Assembly: GCA_964372095.1 (NCBI GenBank)
Contig: CAYJPV010000011.1
Span: 14,252 to 78,251, forward strand
Direction: 5' to 3'
Origin: an uncultured Vicinamibacterales bacterium
GTDB taxonomy: Bacteria; Acidobacteriota; Vicinamibacteria; Vicinamibacterales; JAKQTR01
DNA: 64,000 nt
Below the pieces are notes generated by a model, which was not told where the DNA came from, made no database searches, and was given only the letters and a program-made list of their open reading frames with translations. Below, one piece after another: positions 45,340-54,430 of the stretch (position 1 is its first letter; each line of letters opens with the position of its first letter). The position numbers and the translations under genes were made by a program.

Positions 45340-46767
45340 TCACCGTTCGGGTCCCGGAATCTCGCGATACCCGCTGCCATCCCATCGCAACACCGGCCAC
45401 AACTGCCCGGCGTCCAGCTTCGCGTCGAATGGACGGTCGAGCAGGCCCCGCTTGTGCCACTCGTTGTGCACAACCGGGTACTGCGAGAAGAACTCCGCAG
45501 AATAAACCTTCATCGACTGGTCGAGCGAATATTGAGTCACACCCTGGCGGTGAGCACCGGACAGGAAGAGTTCGCCATGAAGCACACTCACCGTCAATCT
45601 ACCGTTGGCGTCCTGGTCCGCACTGGTGACCATCGCATGCCCACCTGAGGTCGTCTTCAGGATGTCCGTCGCCGGAAACACGAAGAAGTGCTCCGGCAAC
45701 GGCCCGGGACAGTTCAGGCACCGGTACCGTGGCTTCACGGCAGGCGACAACCCACCAAACCGGATACGGTCTAGTACCGCGAGCGACCCGCCGCCGGTCT
45801 CGTTGTGCGGGGCACCCACCAGCACGTACTTCCGGTCTCCGGCTTCGGCAAACGACACGGACGAGATGCGGCCGCTGCTCCAGTACTGTCCAAGTTCACG
45901 ACCCGTCGCGTCCAGTTTCACGAGGACCGACGGGAACCACACCTGGTGGTCGAAGACCGGCCACACGTAGGGTGTGCCGTCGGCCTCGCGCAAGACGAAC
46001 ACCCCCACCGTGTACACGAGTTTCCCGGAGTACTGGTCGTCTCCATACTTCACGTGCTGCGGAGGGAGGTACTCCCACAGTTTCTCGCCATCCGGCGAGA
46101 AGCAGGACAATGTCCCACTGTTCAGCGGGCCTTCGTGGCGTGCAACGAACAGAACTTCGTTCCGGCCGTCCCCATCGAGATCGACAAACCGGACCAGCTT
46201 GAAGGCTCTTGGGGCAGGACTTACCGAGGCGTCATCTCCGCGGACCACCCGGCCCTCGTCTGCCACCTCGAGGTAGGCGCGTTCCCTCAGGCCTTCTGGG
46301 AAAGGCTTGTTCCACAACTCGCGACCATCTTCGCCGAAGACGAACAGCGTGTCATCGGCGACCCGGTACTTCGCAGGCTGGCCGGCAGTGCTGCGTGTCC
46401 ACGCGACGATGGCGGCGATGGCGAGGAGGGCAAAGAGGCCCAGCGCGACGGCGACGATGAATGAGGCCGGGCGGCGGCGGGCCGTTTCGTCGACGGCGTC
46501 GGTCGCATCGCTGCCGGCCTCAGCGCCGGATTCCTGCGTGTCTCCGTTGCCGCTGGCATCGCGCGCGGCGGCACGGCGCCGCCAGGCGTCCAGTTCGGAG
46601 CGGAAGGCGAAGACGTTTTCTCCCTCCCGGCCGCTGGGTTTGTGGACAGGCAGGCCCAGCTCGTTCCTCCAGCGCTGTGCGGTCCGCACCGACTTACCGA
46701 GGTAGTCGGCAACGGCCTTCCAGCCGTCAAGGAGATCGGGGTCGGAGGGACCTGGGGTCTCTGGCAT
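45340..46767 (-). CDS. Membrane-anchored protein: N-terminal excisionase/MerR-like HTH, TM helix, extracytoplasmic beta-rich (FG-GAP-like) domain
   Basis: LDGWKAVADYLGKSVRTAQRWRNELGLPVHK. TM helix FIVAVALGLFALLAIAAIVAW. VDLDGDGRNEVLFV. Function unknown. Confidence 0.7.
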   Translation of the reverse strand: MPETPGPSDPDLLDGWKAVADYLGKSVRTAQRWRNELGLPVHKPSGREGENVFAFRSELDAWRRRAAARDASGNGDTQESGAEAGSDATDAVDETARRRPASFIVAVALGLFALLAIAAIVAWTRSTAGQPAKYRVADDTLFVFGEDGRELWNKPFPEGLRERAYLEVADEGRVVRGDDASVSPAPRAFKLVRFVDLDGDGRNEVLFVARHEGPLNSGTLSCFSPDGEKLWEYLPPQHVKYGDDQYSGKLVYTVGVFVLREADGTPYVWPVFDHQVWFPSVLVKLDATGRELGQYWSSGRISSVSFAEAGDRKYVLVGAPHNETGGGSLAVLDRIRFGGLSPAVKPRYRCLNCPGPLPEHFFVFPATDILKTTSGGHAMVTSADQDANGRLTVSVLHGELFLSGAHRQGVTQYSLDQSMKVYSAEFFSQYPVVHNEWHKRGLLDRPFDAKLDAGQLWPVLRWDGSGYREIPGPER

Positions 46768-46937
46768 GCACGGTCACCGTCGGAATCGGCCCCATTCTAC
46801 ACCGGGGACGGTACCAACCTTGCTCCTCGCGAAGTGCGCGGCTGGTCTCGGGTCGGCAATCGCGCGGCGTTTTGCGGGGGCGCCTTCCGCAGTACGCAGT
46901 TCCGTCCACACGCCCCCGACGCGAACGGTGGCAGAAA

Positions 46938-49472
46938 TTGCGATCTCCCTTTTCTCCCGGCGACACCGTGTGCGCACGGGGCCGCGCCTGGCACCTGCGC
47001 GGTGTCACAGAACATGACGACTGTGTAGCGCTGGACCTGACGCCTCACCCCGGAGTCTCCCTGGGGGAACCTCTGGTGCTGCTGCATCCGTTCGACCGCG
47101 TGGCTCCGGACGCCGCGCCCCGCCGCACGGCCGCGGCTTCGCGACGGGTCTTCTGGCGGTCCCTTGCCCGCCGCACGCTCTCCCTCCGTGGGTACGACAC
47201 CCTTCTGGCCCCGGCAGCGGCAACCATCGACATTCTTCCCTACCAGCTCGAACCCGTCATCGCTGCGGTCCTGCACCGTGTCCCTCGCGTGCTCCTGGCC
47301 GACGCCGTCGGCCTGGGCAAGACGATTCAGGCCGGCCTCATCACCGCCGAGTTCTTCGCCCGCGGTGAAGCCGCCAGGGCCCTGGTGCTCGTGCCGCCCG
47401 CCCTGCGCGACCAATGGGCGGCGGAGCTGCGCGGGCGATTCGACATCGAGGCCGACGTGATCGACGCCGGCGCGCTCCGCGCACTGGGCTCGGGGGCTCC
47501 AGCCACGGTCAACCCGTGGTGCATCCCCCGTGTGGCCATCGTGTCCATCGACTTCGCGAAGCGCCCTGAGGTGTGTCACGCCCTTGCCGACGCCCCGTGG
47601 GACGTGGTCATCATCGACGAGGCGCACACCGTGACCCTCGACACGGAACGCCACCGCGCCACGCACCACATCGCCAGCCGCGCCAGCCGGGTGATCCTGC
47701 TGACGGCGACGCCCCACTCCGGCGACGCGTCCCAGTTCGCTGCCCTCACGGCCCTCGGCGCGGCCACGCCCGCGGAGCCGATCGCGATGTTCAGGCGGTC
47801 ACGATCGGATGCCGGCTTCAGCGTCTCGCGGCGGTCGCACCTGCTGCGCGTACGCCTGTCCAGGGCCGAAGCCCGTGCGCTCACGCTCGTCCTGGCCTAC
47901 CTGCGCGAGTTGTGGACAGCCGCCTCCAGTCGCCGAGACGCGGAAGCACGGCTCGTGGCCACCGTGCTCCTCAAACGCGCGCTCTCGACACCGGCCTCCC
48001 TGGCCCGGTCCATCGAGCGGCGCCGCTCACTGCTGGACGCCGGGGCCCTGCCCTCCGAACAACAGTTGGCGCTTCCGCTCGACGACATGGATGACGCCGA
48101 CGACGAACCGGGGCACGTACTGGCGGCACCGGGACTCGACCACCGCGACGGCGAGAGGGCCTGGCTCGATCAGATCGCGGCATCCCTGACACACGTCCAC
48201 GGGTCCAGCAAAGTCCGTGCGGTCGAACGCCTCGTGCGGCGGGCGCGTGAACCGATCATTGTCTACACCGAGTATCGCGATACGCTGCGGGAACTCGAGG
48301 ACACACTGGGGCGGGCCGCCCGGGTAGCCACGCTGCACGGCGGGCTCGATCAGGCGCAGCGCCGTTTGGCCCTCGATCGGTTTGCGGACGGCCGGGCCGA
48401 CGCGCTCCTCGCCACAGACGCGGGCGGCGCGGGTCTCAACCTGCAGAGCCGCTGCCGTCTGGTGGTGAACCTTGAATTGCCGTGGAACCCCGTCCGGCTC
48501 GAACAGCGAGCCGGGCGCGTGGATCGCATCGGACAGACACGCACGGTGCACACCGTCCACCTTGTCGCCCGGGCCACGCCAGAGGAACGAGTACTGGCTC
48601 GGCTGGTCAGGCGTTCAAGACAGGCGAACGCGGCGCTGTCGGACACCGCCGCGGCAACTCTGACCGAGCCTCGCTACGACGAGTCTCAGGCGGCTGAGGT
48701 ATGCCTCGGACTGCGGCCTCCCCGAACGTTGTGGGTTCCGGCGCCTGACCGCGCGGCGCCGGACGCGGCGGGAAAGGTCCGCGTGCACCGGCCGGCGCTG
48801 GAGGCCGACGGGAGGCGCCACGCCCTCGCACAGATCGGCCGGCGCCGCCTGGCCGACGCGTTGCCCCGGCACCGGACCGCCTCGAAGCAGGCACCCGACC
48901 GCACCGCGCCGTATCTGCGCATCCGCGCCGGCCGGTCGGATCGCCGCCGCGGGGCCGGCCTGCTCGTCTCCGGGACAGGCACCCGTGCCCTCGCCGTCTT
49001 TGAACTTCAGATCGTGGACGAACGCCGCCATCTGGTCGACGAACATCTGATCGTCCTGCTGGTCCGTGTGTCGTGGCTGACGACGCATGCCGTGCTGGCC
49101 CATCAGGCAAGCCTGCTGCGAATCGCCACGATGCTCGGCCGGCACCCTCTGGTGCGCGACGTGCTCGACACGGAAGCCAGGCGGAGACTGGCGGTGGTTC
49201 GTTACCACATCGATTCGGCGGGCAGTGCGCTCGCGACCCGACGACAGGCGCTGGCGAAACAATCACAGGAACGCGCTCTCGAGGGCGGACCTTATCAGGC
49301 CGGCTTGTTCGACCGGCGCGCGGAGCGGGAGGCGGCACGGACAACAGCCGGTCCGATCGCCGGCCAGTTGTCTCAGTTCGGGTTTCCGCTCTGGCCCGGA
49401 GGCGACCCGGGGGGCCTTGTCTTGGCTCACCCGCCACGATTGCGCTGGCTCTGGTGGCCGGGATGCCCATAG
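46938..49472 (+). CDS. SNF2-family (SF2) helicase-like ATPase with a ~300-aa uncharacterised C-terminal region
   Basis: ORF 46461..49472. Start provisionally TTG 46938 (uncertain). YQLEPV, ADAVGLGKTIQAG (motif I, 47310-47324), VIIDEAHTV (DEAH, 47615-47626), LLATDAGGAGLNLQ, ELPWNPVRLEQRAGRVDRIGQ (motif VI). Confidence 0.85.
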   Translation: MRSPFSPGDTVCARGRAWHLRGVTEHDDCVALDLTPHPGVSLGEPLVLLHPFDRVAPDAAPRRTAAASRRVFWRSLARRTLSLRGYDTLLAPAAATIDILPYQLEPVIAAVLHRVPRVLLADAVGLGKTIQAGLITAEFFARGEAARALVLVPPALRDQWAAELRGRFDIEADVIDAGALRALGSGAPATVNPWCIPRVAIVSIDFAKRPEVCHALADAPWDVVIIDEAHTVTLDTERHRATHHIASRASRVILLTATPHSGDASQFAALTALGAATPAEPIAMFRRSRSDAGFSVSRRSHLLRVRLSRAEARALTLVLAYLRELWTAASSRRDAEARLVATVLLKRALSTPASLARSIERRRSLLDAGALPSEQQLALPLDDMDDADDEPGHVLAAPGLDHRDGERAWLDQIAASLTHVHGSSKVRAVERLVRRAREPIIVYTEYRDTLRELEDTLGRAARVATLHGGLDQAQRRLALDRFADGRADALLATDAGGAGLNLQSRCRLVVNLELPWNPVRLEQRAGRVDRIGQTRTVHTVHLVARATPEERVLARLVRRSRQANAALSDTAAATLTEPRYDESQAAEVCLGLRPPRTLWVPAPDRAAPDAAGKVRVHRPALEADGRRHALAQIGRRRLADALPRHRTASKQAPDRTAPYLRIRAGRSDRRRGAGLLVSGTGTRALAVFELQIVDERRHLVDEHLIVLLVRVSWLTTHAVLAHQASLLRIATMLGRHPLVRDVLDTEARRRLAVVRYHIDSAGSALATRRQALAKQSQERALEGGPYQAGLFDRRAEREAARTTAGPIAGQLSQFGFPLWPGGDPGGLVLAHPPRLRWLWWPGCP

Positions 49473-52400
49473 GACCGGTTTCAGGACCTGCATGTGCGGC
49501 CTCTCTGCGACCGCGAGAACGGGTTTTGAAACCGCCTGACGAGGTGCGGGCGCCCCTCGTTGGCGGCATGCGCGGTGCACTGGTGTCGGGTTGGTACACC
49601 AGCCAGAGGCTGGGCGTGGAGTTCGAAGACGAAATCGGAACCGAGACACGCGCGCGCGGCCGTCGCGAGTTCTGTGCGTGGTGGCGGGCGAACGGCTGCC
49701 GCCTGGGCCCGGCATCGAGCCTCAGGATGGTCTGCGACGCGGGGGCAAGCCCGCTCCTTGAGATTCTGGGCCTCCGCTGGTCGCCGCCGCGTATCCAGTC
49801 CGCGGTGCCGTTCGCCGTGGCTCCCGCCGAAGGACCTGCCGGGCCCATCCCGGTCGTCGTCACGACGTGGGGCGCAGGCCTCGACCGGCACTTCTCCCGG
49901 GCCGCAGGAACGGCACATCACGCGCGCGGCCCGTGGCTGCTTGGTTTCGACGGCCGGGTACTCCGACTCTGGGACGCGCGGCGCGGGTGGGCCCGCGCGT
50001 TTGTGGAGTTCGACATCGAGACCGCGTATCACGACGAACGGACATTCGTGGTCGTCTGGGCTCTGGTGCGAGCCGAGGCGCTGGCAGCCTCGACCGCCCG
50101 CATCGCGGAGGCATCCGCCCGTCATGGAACAGCCGTGTGCGCCTCCCTGCGGGACGGCGTCCGCGAGGCGCTCACCTTGTTCGTCACGGGATTCACAAAA
50201 CACGGGACCACACGAAGGACACGCGCGGCCGACGGAACCGCCGCGTTCGAGCAGTCGCTGACGCTGATCTACCGCCTTCTCTTCCTGCTCTTCGCCGAGT
50301 CTCGCGGGCTGATGCCTGCGTGGCACCGCACCTACCGCCGCTCCTACTCCGTCGAAGCCCTCCGGATCCGGGCCGAACGCCCGGGCCCGCACACAGGAAT
50401 CTGGGCGTCGCTCCAGGCCATGTCGAGAATGGCCCACGATGGCTGTCACGCCGGAACCCTGGTCGTCACCCCGTTCAACGGCCGGCTGTTCTCGCCCTCG
50501 CGCGCGCCGCTTGCCGAGGCTGCCTGCCTGGACGATGACCTGGTCGCGCGGGCCGTGCTGGCGATCACGACGGCACAGGTGCCGCACGGACGCGAGCGAA
50601 TCGCGTTCTCCGACCTGGGGGTCGAACAACTGGGCGCCATCTACGAGAGCGTGCTCGACTACGAACTCGTGCCCGCCCCGACATCGGGCCGGCCGCTGGC
50701 CGGATCACGGCAGGCAGACCGCACGGCGGCCCTCCAGGGCACCGGCATCCGCCGCAAGGCCACGGGCACGTTCTACACGCCGCGTGAGATGACCGACTAC
50801 CTGGTTCGTCGCGCCCTCGAACCGCTCGTCGCGGGGCGCACGGCGGACGGCATCCTGCGCATCACGGTGCTCGACCCGGCCATGGGCAGCGGCGCGTTCC
50901 TCGTAGCTGCCTGTCACTATCTGGCCGCCGCGTACGAAGACGCGCTCGTCCAGGAACGCGGCCTGCTGCCCGGCGACGTGACGGACGACGACCGGGCGCA
51001 CTACCGCCGCCTGGTTGCACAACGGTGCCTCTACGGCGTCGATCTGAACCCGATGGCCGTCCAGGTGGCCCGGCTCTCGATGTGGCTCGCCACGCTCGCG
51101 GCGTCGAAGCCGCTGACGTTTCTCGATCACCACCTGTCGGTCGGCAACAGCCTCGTGGGCGCCAGCCTGGACGCCGTCGCCAGCCGGCCGCCTGGCGGTC
51201 GCACACGCCAGCGGCGGCCGGGCCAACTCCCCCTGTTCGCAGCCTCGGAGGTCGAGCCGGCCCTCACGCGGGCCCTGCCTCTGCGCACCGGCCTGGCGTT
51301 CATGCCTGACGACCACGTCTCGGTGGTTCGCGACAAAGAACGGGCCCTCGCGTCCCTGCGCAGTACGGACCACGGACTCGGCCTCTGGCGGCGCCTCGCG
51401 GATCTCTGGTGTGCGGGATGGTTCTGGGACGCACCCGCAGGCCCGACACCTGCCGCGGGCGTGTTTGCCGAGATGGCTGCCGCGCTCCGCGGCGGTCCGG
51501 TTACGCTGCCAGCCGGTGCGCTCCACGATCTGCTCGGTCACGCACGGCGCATCGCTGACGGTCTGCGGTGTTTTCACTGGACGCTGGAGTTTCCCGAGGT
51601 CTTCTACGACACGGCTGGCACACCGCGCGCGGATGCCGGTTTCGACGCCGTGATCACCAACCCGCCGTGGGACATGGTGCGTGCCGACCTTGGTTCGTCC
51701 GAGTGCCGTACGCAGACCCGCGCGCACGGCACGAGACTCGTCGCCTTCGCGAGGCAGTCGGGCACGTACACGCTTGCGGAAACCGGCCAGGCGAATCTCT
51801 ACCAGCTGTTCGTCGAACGATGCCTGTCATTGACGAAACCAGGAGGCCGCGTCGGCCTGATCGTACCCTGGGGACTTGCGTCGGATCGCGGCAGCGACGC
51901 CTTGCGCGCGGCGTTGATCGACCGGTGCGCGCTCGACACGCTCGTGGGATTCGAGAACACGCACGGCGTCTTCCCGATCCACAGGGGTGTGCGCTTCCTG
52001 CTGCTCTCGGCTTCGCCCGGTCCCTCGACGCGGCAGGTCACATGCCGATTCGGCGTGCATCACCTGAGCGACCTGGAGGCCGGGCAGGACGTCCCGGAGT
52101 GTGTCACCCTGACGCCGGGCCTGCTCCAGGCGTTGTCCGGCCCCGCACGAGCGTTCCCGTACGTCAGGACCCGCGCGGACCTCAGGATTCTCGAACGGCT
52201 CGGGGCACAGTTTCCGGCCCTCGCGTCCCCGCGCGGCTGGGGCCTCCGATTCGGGCGCGAACTGAACGCCAGCGACGACAGGCCCCTCATGGCCCGGGGC
52301 GGCCCCGGGCTTCCCGTCGTCGAGGGCAAACACATCACGCCCTTCAGGGTCGTGGTCGAACCGGGCGGCCTGCGCGTACCGGACCGGGAACGACTCCGGA

Positions 52401-52951
52401 CGGACACGCTGCGCCGGGCGGTGATGACGTGGCGGCTGGCATACCGGGACGTCACGGGGCCGACCAACCAGTGGACCCTGATTGCCGCCCTGATTCCGCC
52501 CGGGCACGTCACCGTACACACCGTGCTGTGCCTCAAGTCGCCGATGGCCCTGCAGGTGCAGGCGTATCTGTGCGCGGTGCTCAACAGCGTCGTCGCGAAC
52601 TTCCTGACGCGTCTGTGGGTGACGACCCACGTCGGCGCTGGCGTCATGGCTCGACTGCCTGCGCCTCGGCTGGATGAGTACGACCCCGAATTCGTCGCGG
52701 TCGCCAGCCTGGCGCTCGCCCTTCGAGACGACCCGCCCGACCGGTCCGAATGCGCCGCCAGGCTCCAGGTCCGCATGGCCCGCCTGTACGGCCTCACCCG
52801 CGAGGAGTTCGTTCACGTGCTCGAGGCGTTCCCGCTCGTGGCCGACGATTTCGCACGCGGGTGTCTCGATGAATGGGACACGCCGCCACCCTGTCTCAAG
52901 CCAGCCGTTGACGGACAACGCCGCCGGCGATACCCTCGCGACGAGACCTGA
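49463..52951 (+). CDS. Large Eco57I/TaqI-like gamma-class N6-adenine DNA methyltransferase with N-terminal and C-terminal (TRD-like) extensions
   Basis: ATG 49463 overlaps the helicase stop by 10 nt (alternative ATG 49568). GTFYTPREMTDYL (50771-), VLDPAMGSGAFLVAA (AdoMet motif I), YGVDLNPMAVQVARLSMWL, AVITNPPWDMV (NPPW, 51659-51670). Confidence 0.85.
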   Translation: MPIGPVSGPACAASLRPRERVLKPPDEVRAPLVGGMRGALVSGWYTSQRLGVEFEDEIGTETRARGRREFCAWWRANGCRLGPASSLRMVCDAGASPLLEILGLRWSPPRIQSAVPFAVAPAEGPAGPIPVVVTTWGAGLDRHFSRAAGTAHHARGPWLLGFDGRVLRLWDARRGWARAFVEFDIETAYHDERTFVVVWALVRAEALAASTARIAEASARHGTAVCASLRDGVREALTLFVTGFTKHGTTRRTRAADGTAAFEQSLTLIYRLLFLLFAESRGLMPAWHRTYRRSYSVEALRIRAERPGPHTGIWASLQAMSRMAHDGCHAGTLVVTPFNGRLFSPSRAPLAEAACLDDDLVARAVLAITTAQVPHGRERIAFSDLGVEQLGAIYESVLDYELVPAPTSGRPLAGSRQADRTAALQGTGIRRKATGTFYTPREMTDYLVRRALEPLVAGRTADGILRITVLDPAMGSGAFLVAACHYLAAAYEDALVQERGLLPGDVTDDDRAHYRRLVAQRCLYGVDLNPMAVQVARLSMWLATLAASKPLTFLDHHLSVGNSLVGASLDAVASRPPGGRTRQRRPGQLPLFAASEVEPALTRALPLRTGLAFMPDDHVSVVRDKERALASLRSTDHGLGLWRRLADLWCAGWFWDAPAGPTPAAGVFAEMAAALRGGPVTLPAGALHDLLGHARRIADGLRCFHWTLEFPEVFYDTAGTPRADAGFDAVITNPPWDMVRADLGSSECRTQTRAHGTRLVAFARQSGTYTLAETGQANLYQLFVERCLSLTKPGGRVGLIVPWGLASDRGSDALRAALIDRCALDTLVGFENTHGVFPIHRGVRFLLLSASPGPSTRQVTCRFGVHHLSDLEAGQDVPECVTLTPGLLQALSGPARAFPYVRTRADLRILERLGAQFPALASPRGWGLRFGRELNASDDRPLMARGGPGLPVVEGKHITPFRVVVEPGGLRVPDRERLRTDTLRRAVMTWRLAYRDVTGPTNQWTLIAALIPPGHVTVHTVLCLKSPMALQVQAYLCAVLNSVVANFLTRLWVTTHVGAGVMARLPAPRLDEYDPEFVAVASLALALRDDPPDRSECAARLQVRMARLYGLTREEFVHVLEAFPLVADDFARGCLDEWDTPPPCLKPAVDGQRRRRYPRDET

Positions 52952-52956
52952 CGTTC

Positions 52957-54357
52957 GTGATTCGACGTATCGCCCAGCCCGCCGGCCGGCTTGCCTGCAC
53001 ACTCACGCTGCTGATCGCCTGGGCGGCTTGGCCGGGCACCCCCCTGTCCAGTGACGCAGCGCAGCCGCCGGCCGACCTGGTCATTCGCCACGTGCGGGTC
53101 GTCCACGGCGACGGCCGCGTCACGCCGGATGCGACGGTCATCGTGCGGGCCGGCCACGTCGAGACCATTCTGACCGGCACGGCACTGCGAGGTTCGGCCG
53201 GCAACCTTCCATCTCGCGCGAGCATTGACGGAACGGGCAGGACCCTGCTGCCGGGTCTGATTGACGCCCACGTGCGGCTCGAGCCCTGGATGCTGCCGCG
53301 TTTCTTCGCGCTGGGGGTCACCACAGTACGGGATCTGCACACCACCAGTGACGACATCTTCCGGCTCGCCGCCACCGACCAGCGCACGCACCCCTTCATC
53401 ATCGCGTCCGGCCCGACGATCGACGCACCGGGCAGCAGTGCCGGACAGACGATCCCCGTCGACACCGTCGGTGAGGCCCGTGCCGCCGTCAGGCTCCTCG
53501 TCAACTCCGGAGCGCGAGTCATTTCGGTGTCGCCCCGTCTCGGACCAGTCATGCTGTCGGTGGTCGTGTCGGATGCACGGGCGAGAGGTGTGCCCGTGGC
53601 GGCCCGCCTGGGCGCCACGACGGCGACGCAGGCGGCTGACGCTGGCGTGACGTCCATCGAACAGGTGAGCGGCGTTGTCGAGGCGGCCAGCACCGATGCC
53701 TCGGCCCTCGTCGCCGCGCACGCAAACCCTGCGGCAGGCTGGACAGCCGCCCAACTGGGATGGCGGCGGCTGACGCTGCAGCGACTCGAAGACGTGGCAC
53801 GCGAACTGGCGGAAAAGGGTGTGGTACTCGTCCCGACCCTGGCGTGGCATGAGGCCATCTTCCGCCTCGCAGACGCGGACATCGCCAGCCATCCCGACCT
53901 TGCGCACGTGCCCGACGGGCTACCCTCCCGTGCATGGAAGCCAGCCGACGTCATGGCACGCGCCGGCTGGACACCGCAGACGTTGTCGCAATTCAGGCAG
54001 GCGTTCCCGATCCTGCAGCAGTTCGTCGCCACCTTCTCGAGAGTGGGCGGCCGTGTCGTGACCGGCACCGGCACCGGCCAGCCGTATGTCGTGCCTGGCA
54101 CCAGCCTGCACCGCGAACTCGAACTGCTGGTCGCGTGCGGACTGTCCCCGGGTCAGGCCATCAAGGCCGCCACCGCCGACGCAGCCGACCTGCTTGGCGT
54201 GAAAGACCGGTCCGGCACGATTGACCCGGGCAGAGCAGCGGACTTCGTCCTCGTCGACGGCAACCCGCTCACCGACATCCGCCACACGCGGCGCATCGTC
54301 GCTGTCTTCAGGGACGGAATCTCACTGGGGGCTGGGGCAGTAGACAGTAGACAGTAG
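52957..54357 (+). CDS. Secreted amidohydrolase-family protein
   Basis: GTG start. Signal-like LACTLTLLIAWAAWPG. LPGLIDAHVRLEP. C-terminal GTIDPGRAADFVLVDGNPLTDI. The last codons and TAG stop lie inside the (GTAGACA)n array. Confidence 0.85.
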   Translation: MIRRIAQPAGRLACTLTLLIAWAAWPGTPLSSDAAQPPADLVIRHVRVVHGDGRVTPDATVIVRAGHVETILTGTALRGSAGNLPSRASIDGTGRTLLPGLIDAHVRLEPWMLPRFFALGVTTVRDLHTTSDDIFRLAATDQRTHPFIIASGPTIDAPGSSAGQTIPVDTVGEARAAVRLLVNSGARVISVSPRLGPVMLSVVVSDARARGVPVAARLGATTATQAADAGVTSIEQVSGVVEAASTDASALVAAHANPAAGWTAAQLGWRRLTLQRLEDVARELAEKGVVLVPTLAWHEAIFRLADADIASHPDLAHVPDGLPSRAWKPADVMARAGWTPQTLSQFRQAFPILQQFVATFSRVGGRVVTGTGTGQPYVVPGTSLHRELELLVACGLSPGQAIKAATADAADLLGVKDRSGTIDPGRAADFVLVDGNPLTDIRHTRRIVAVFRDGISLGAGAVDSRQ

Positions 54358-54430
54358 ACAGTAGGAAGCAGGCAGTGACGGCGGCTGTCGCTCGGCTCTT
54401 GTCTACTGACTACTGACTACTGACTACTTC
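54339..54430. repeat. Inverted pair of heptamer arrays (GTAGACA)n ... (CTACTGA)n between convergent genes
   Basis: cagtagacagtagacagtagacagtaggaagcagg ... gtctactgactactgactactgactac. It supplies the stop codons of both flanking genes. Confidence 0.9.

Noticed and set aside
43162-45648. Plus-strand ORFs 43162..44133 and 44347..45648
   Set aside because: They are antisense to the S9 peptidase and the HTH membrane protein. No motifs are present and the composition is Arg-rich.
46986-47005. TGGCAC string as a second sigma54 promoter (also at 2707, 44473, 60405 and 63551)
   Set aside because: None has a GC dinucleotide or TTGC element at the required 10-nt spacing, and all lie inside coding sequences.
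48607-54101. Series of minus-strand ORFs: 48607..49863, 49481..50629, 50705..51727, 51827..53002, 52813..53907, 52896..54101
   Set aside because: All are antisense to the helicase, methylase and amidohydrolase genes. They are shadow ORFs of a high-GC region.
45279-54357. Helicase-methylase region as a mobile genomic island
   Set aside because: No integrase, transposase, tRNA target, direct-repeat borders or obvious compositional change is visible. Mobility therefore remains unsupported from this window.
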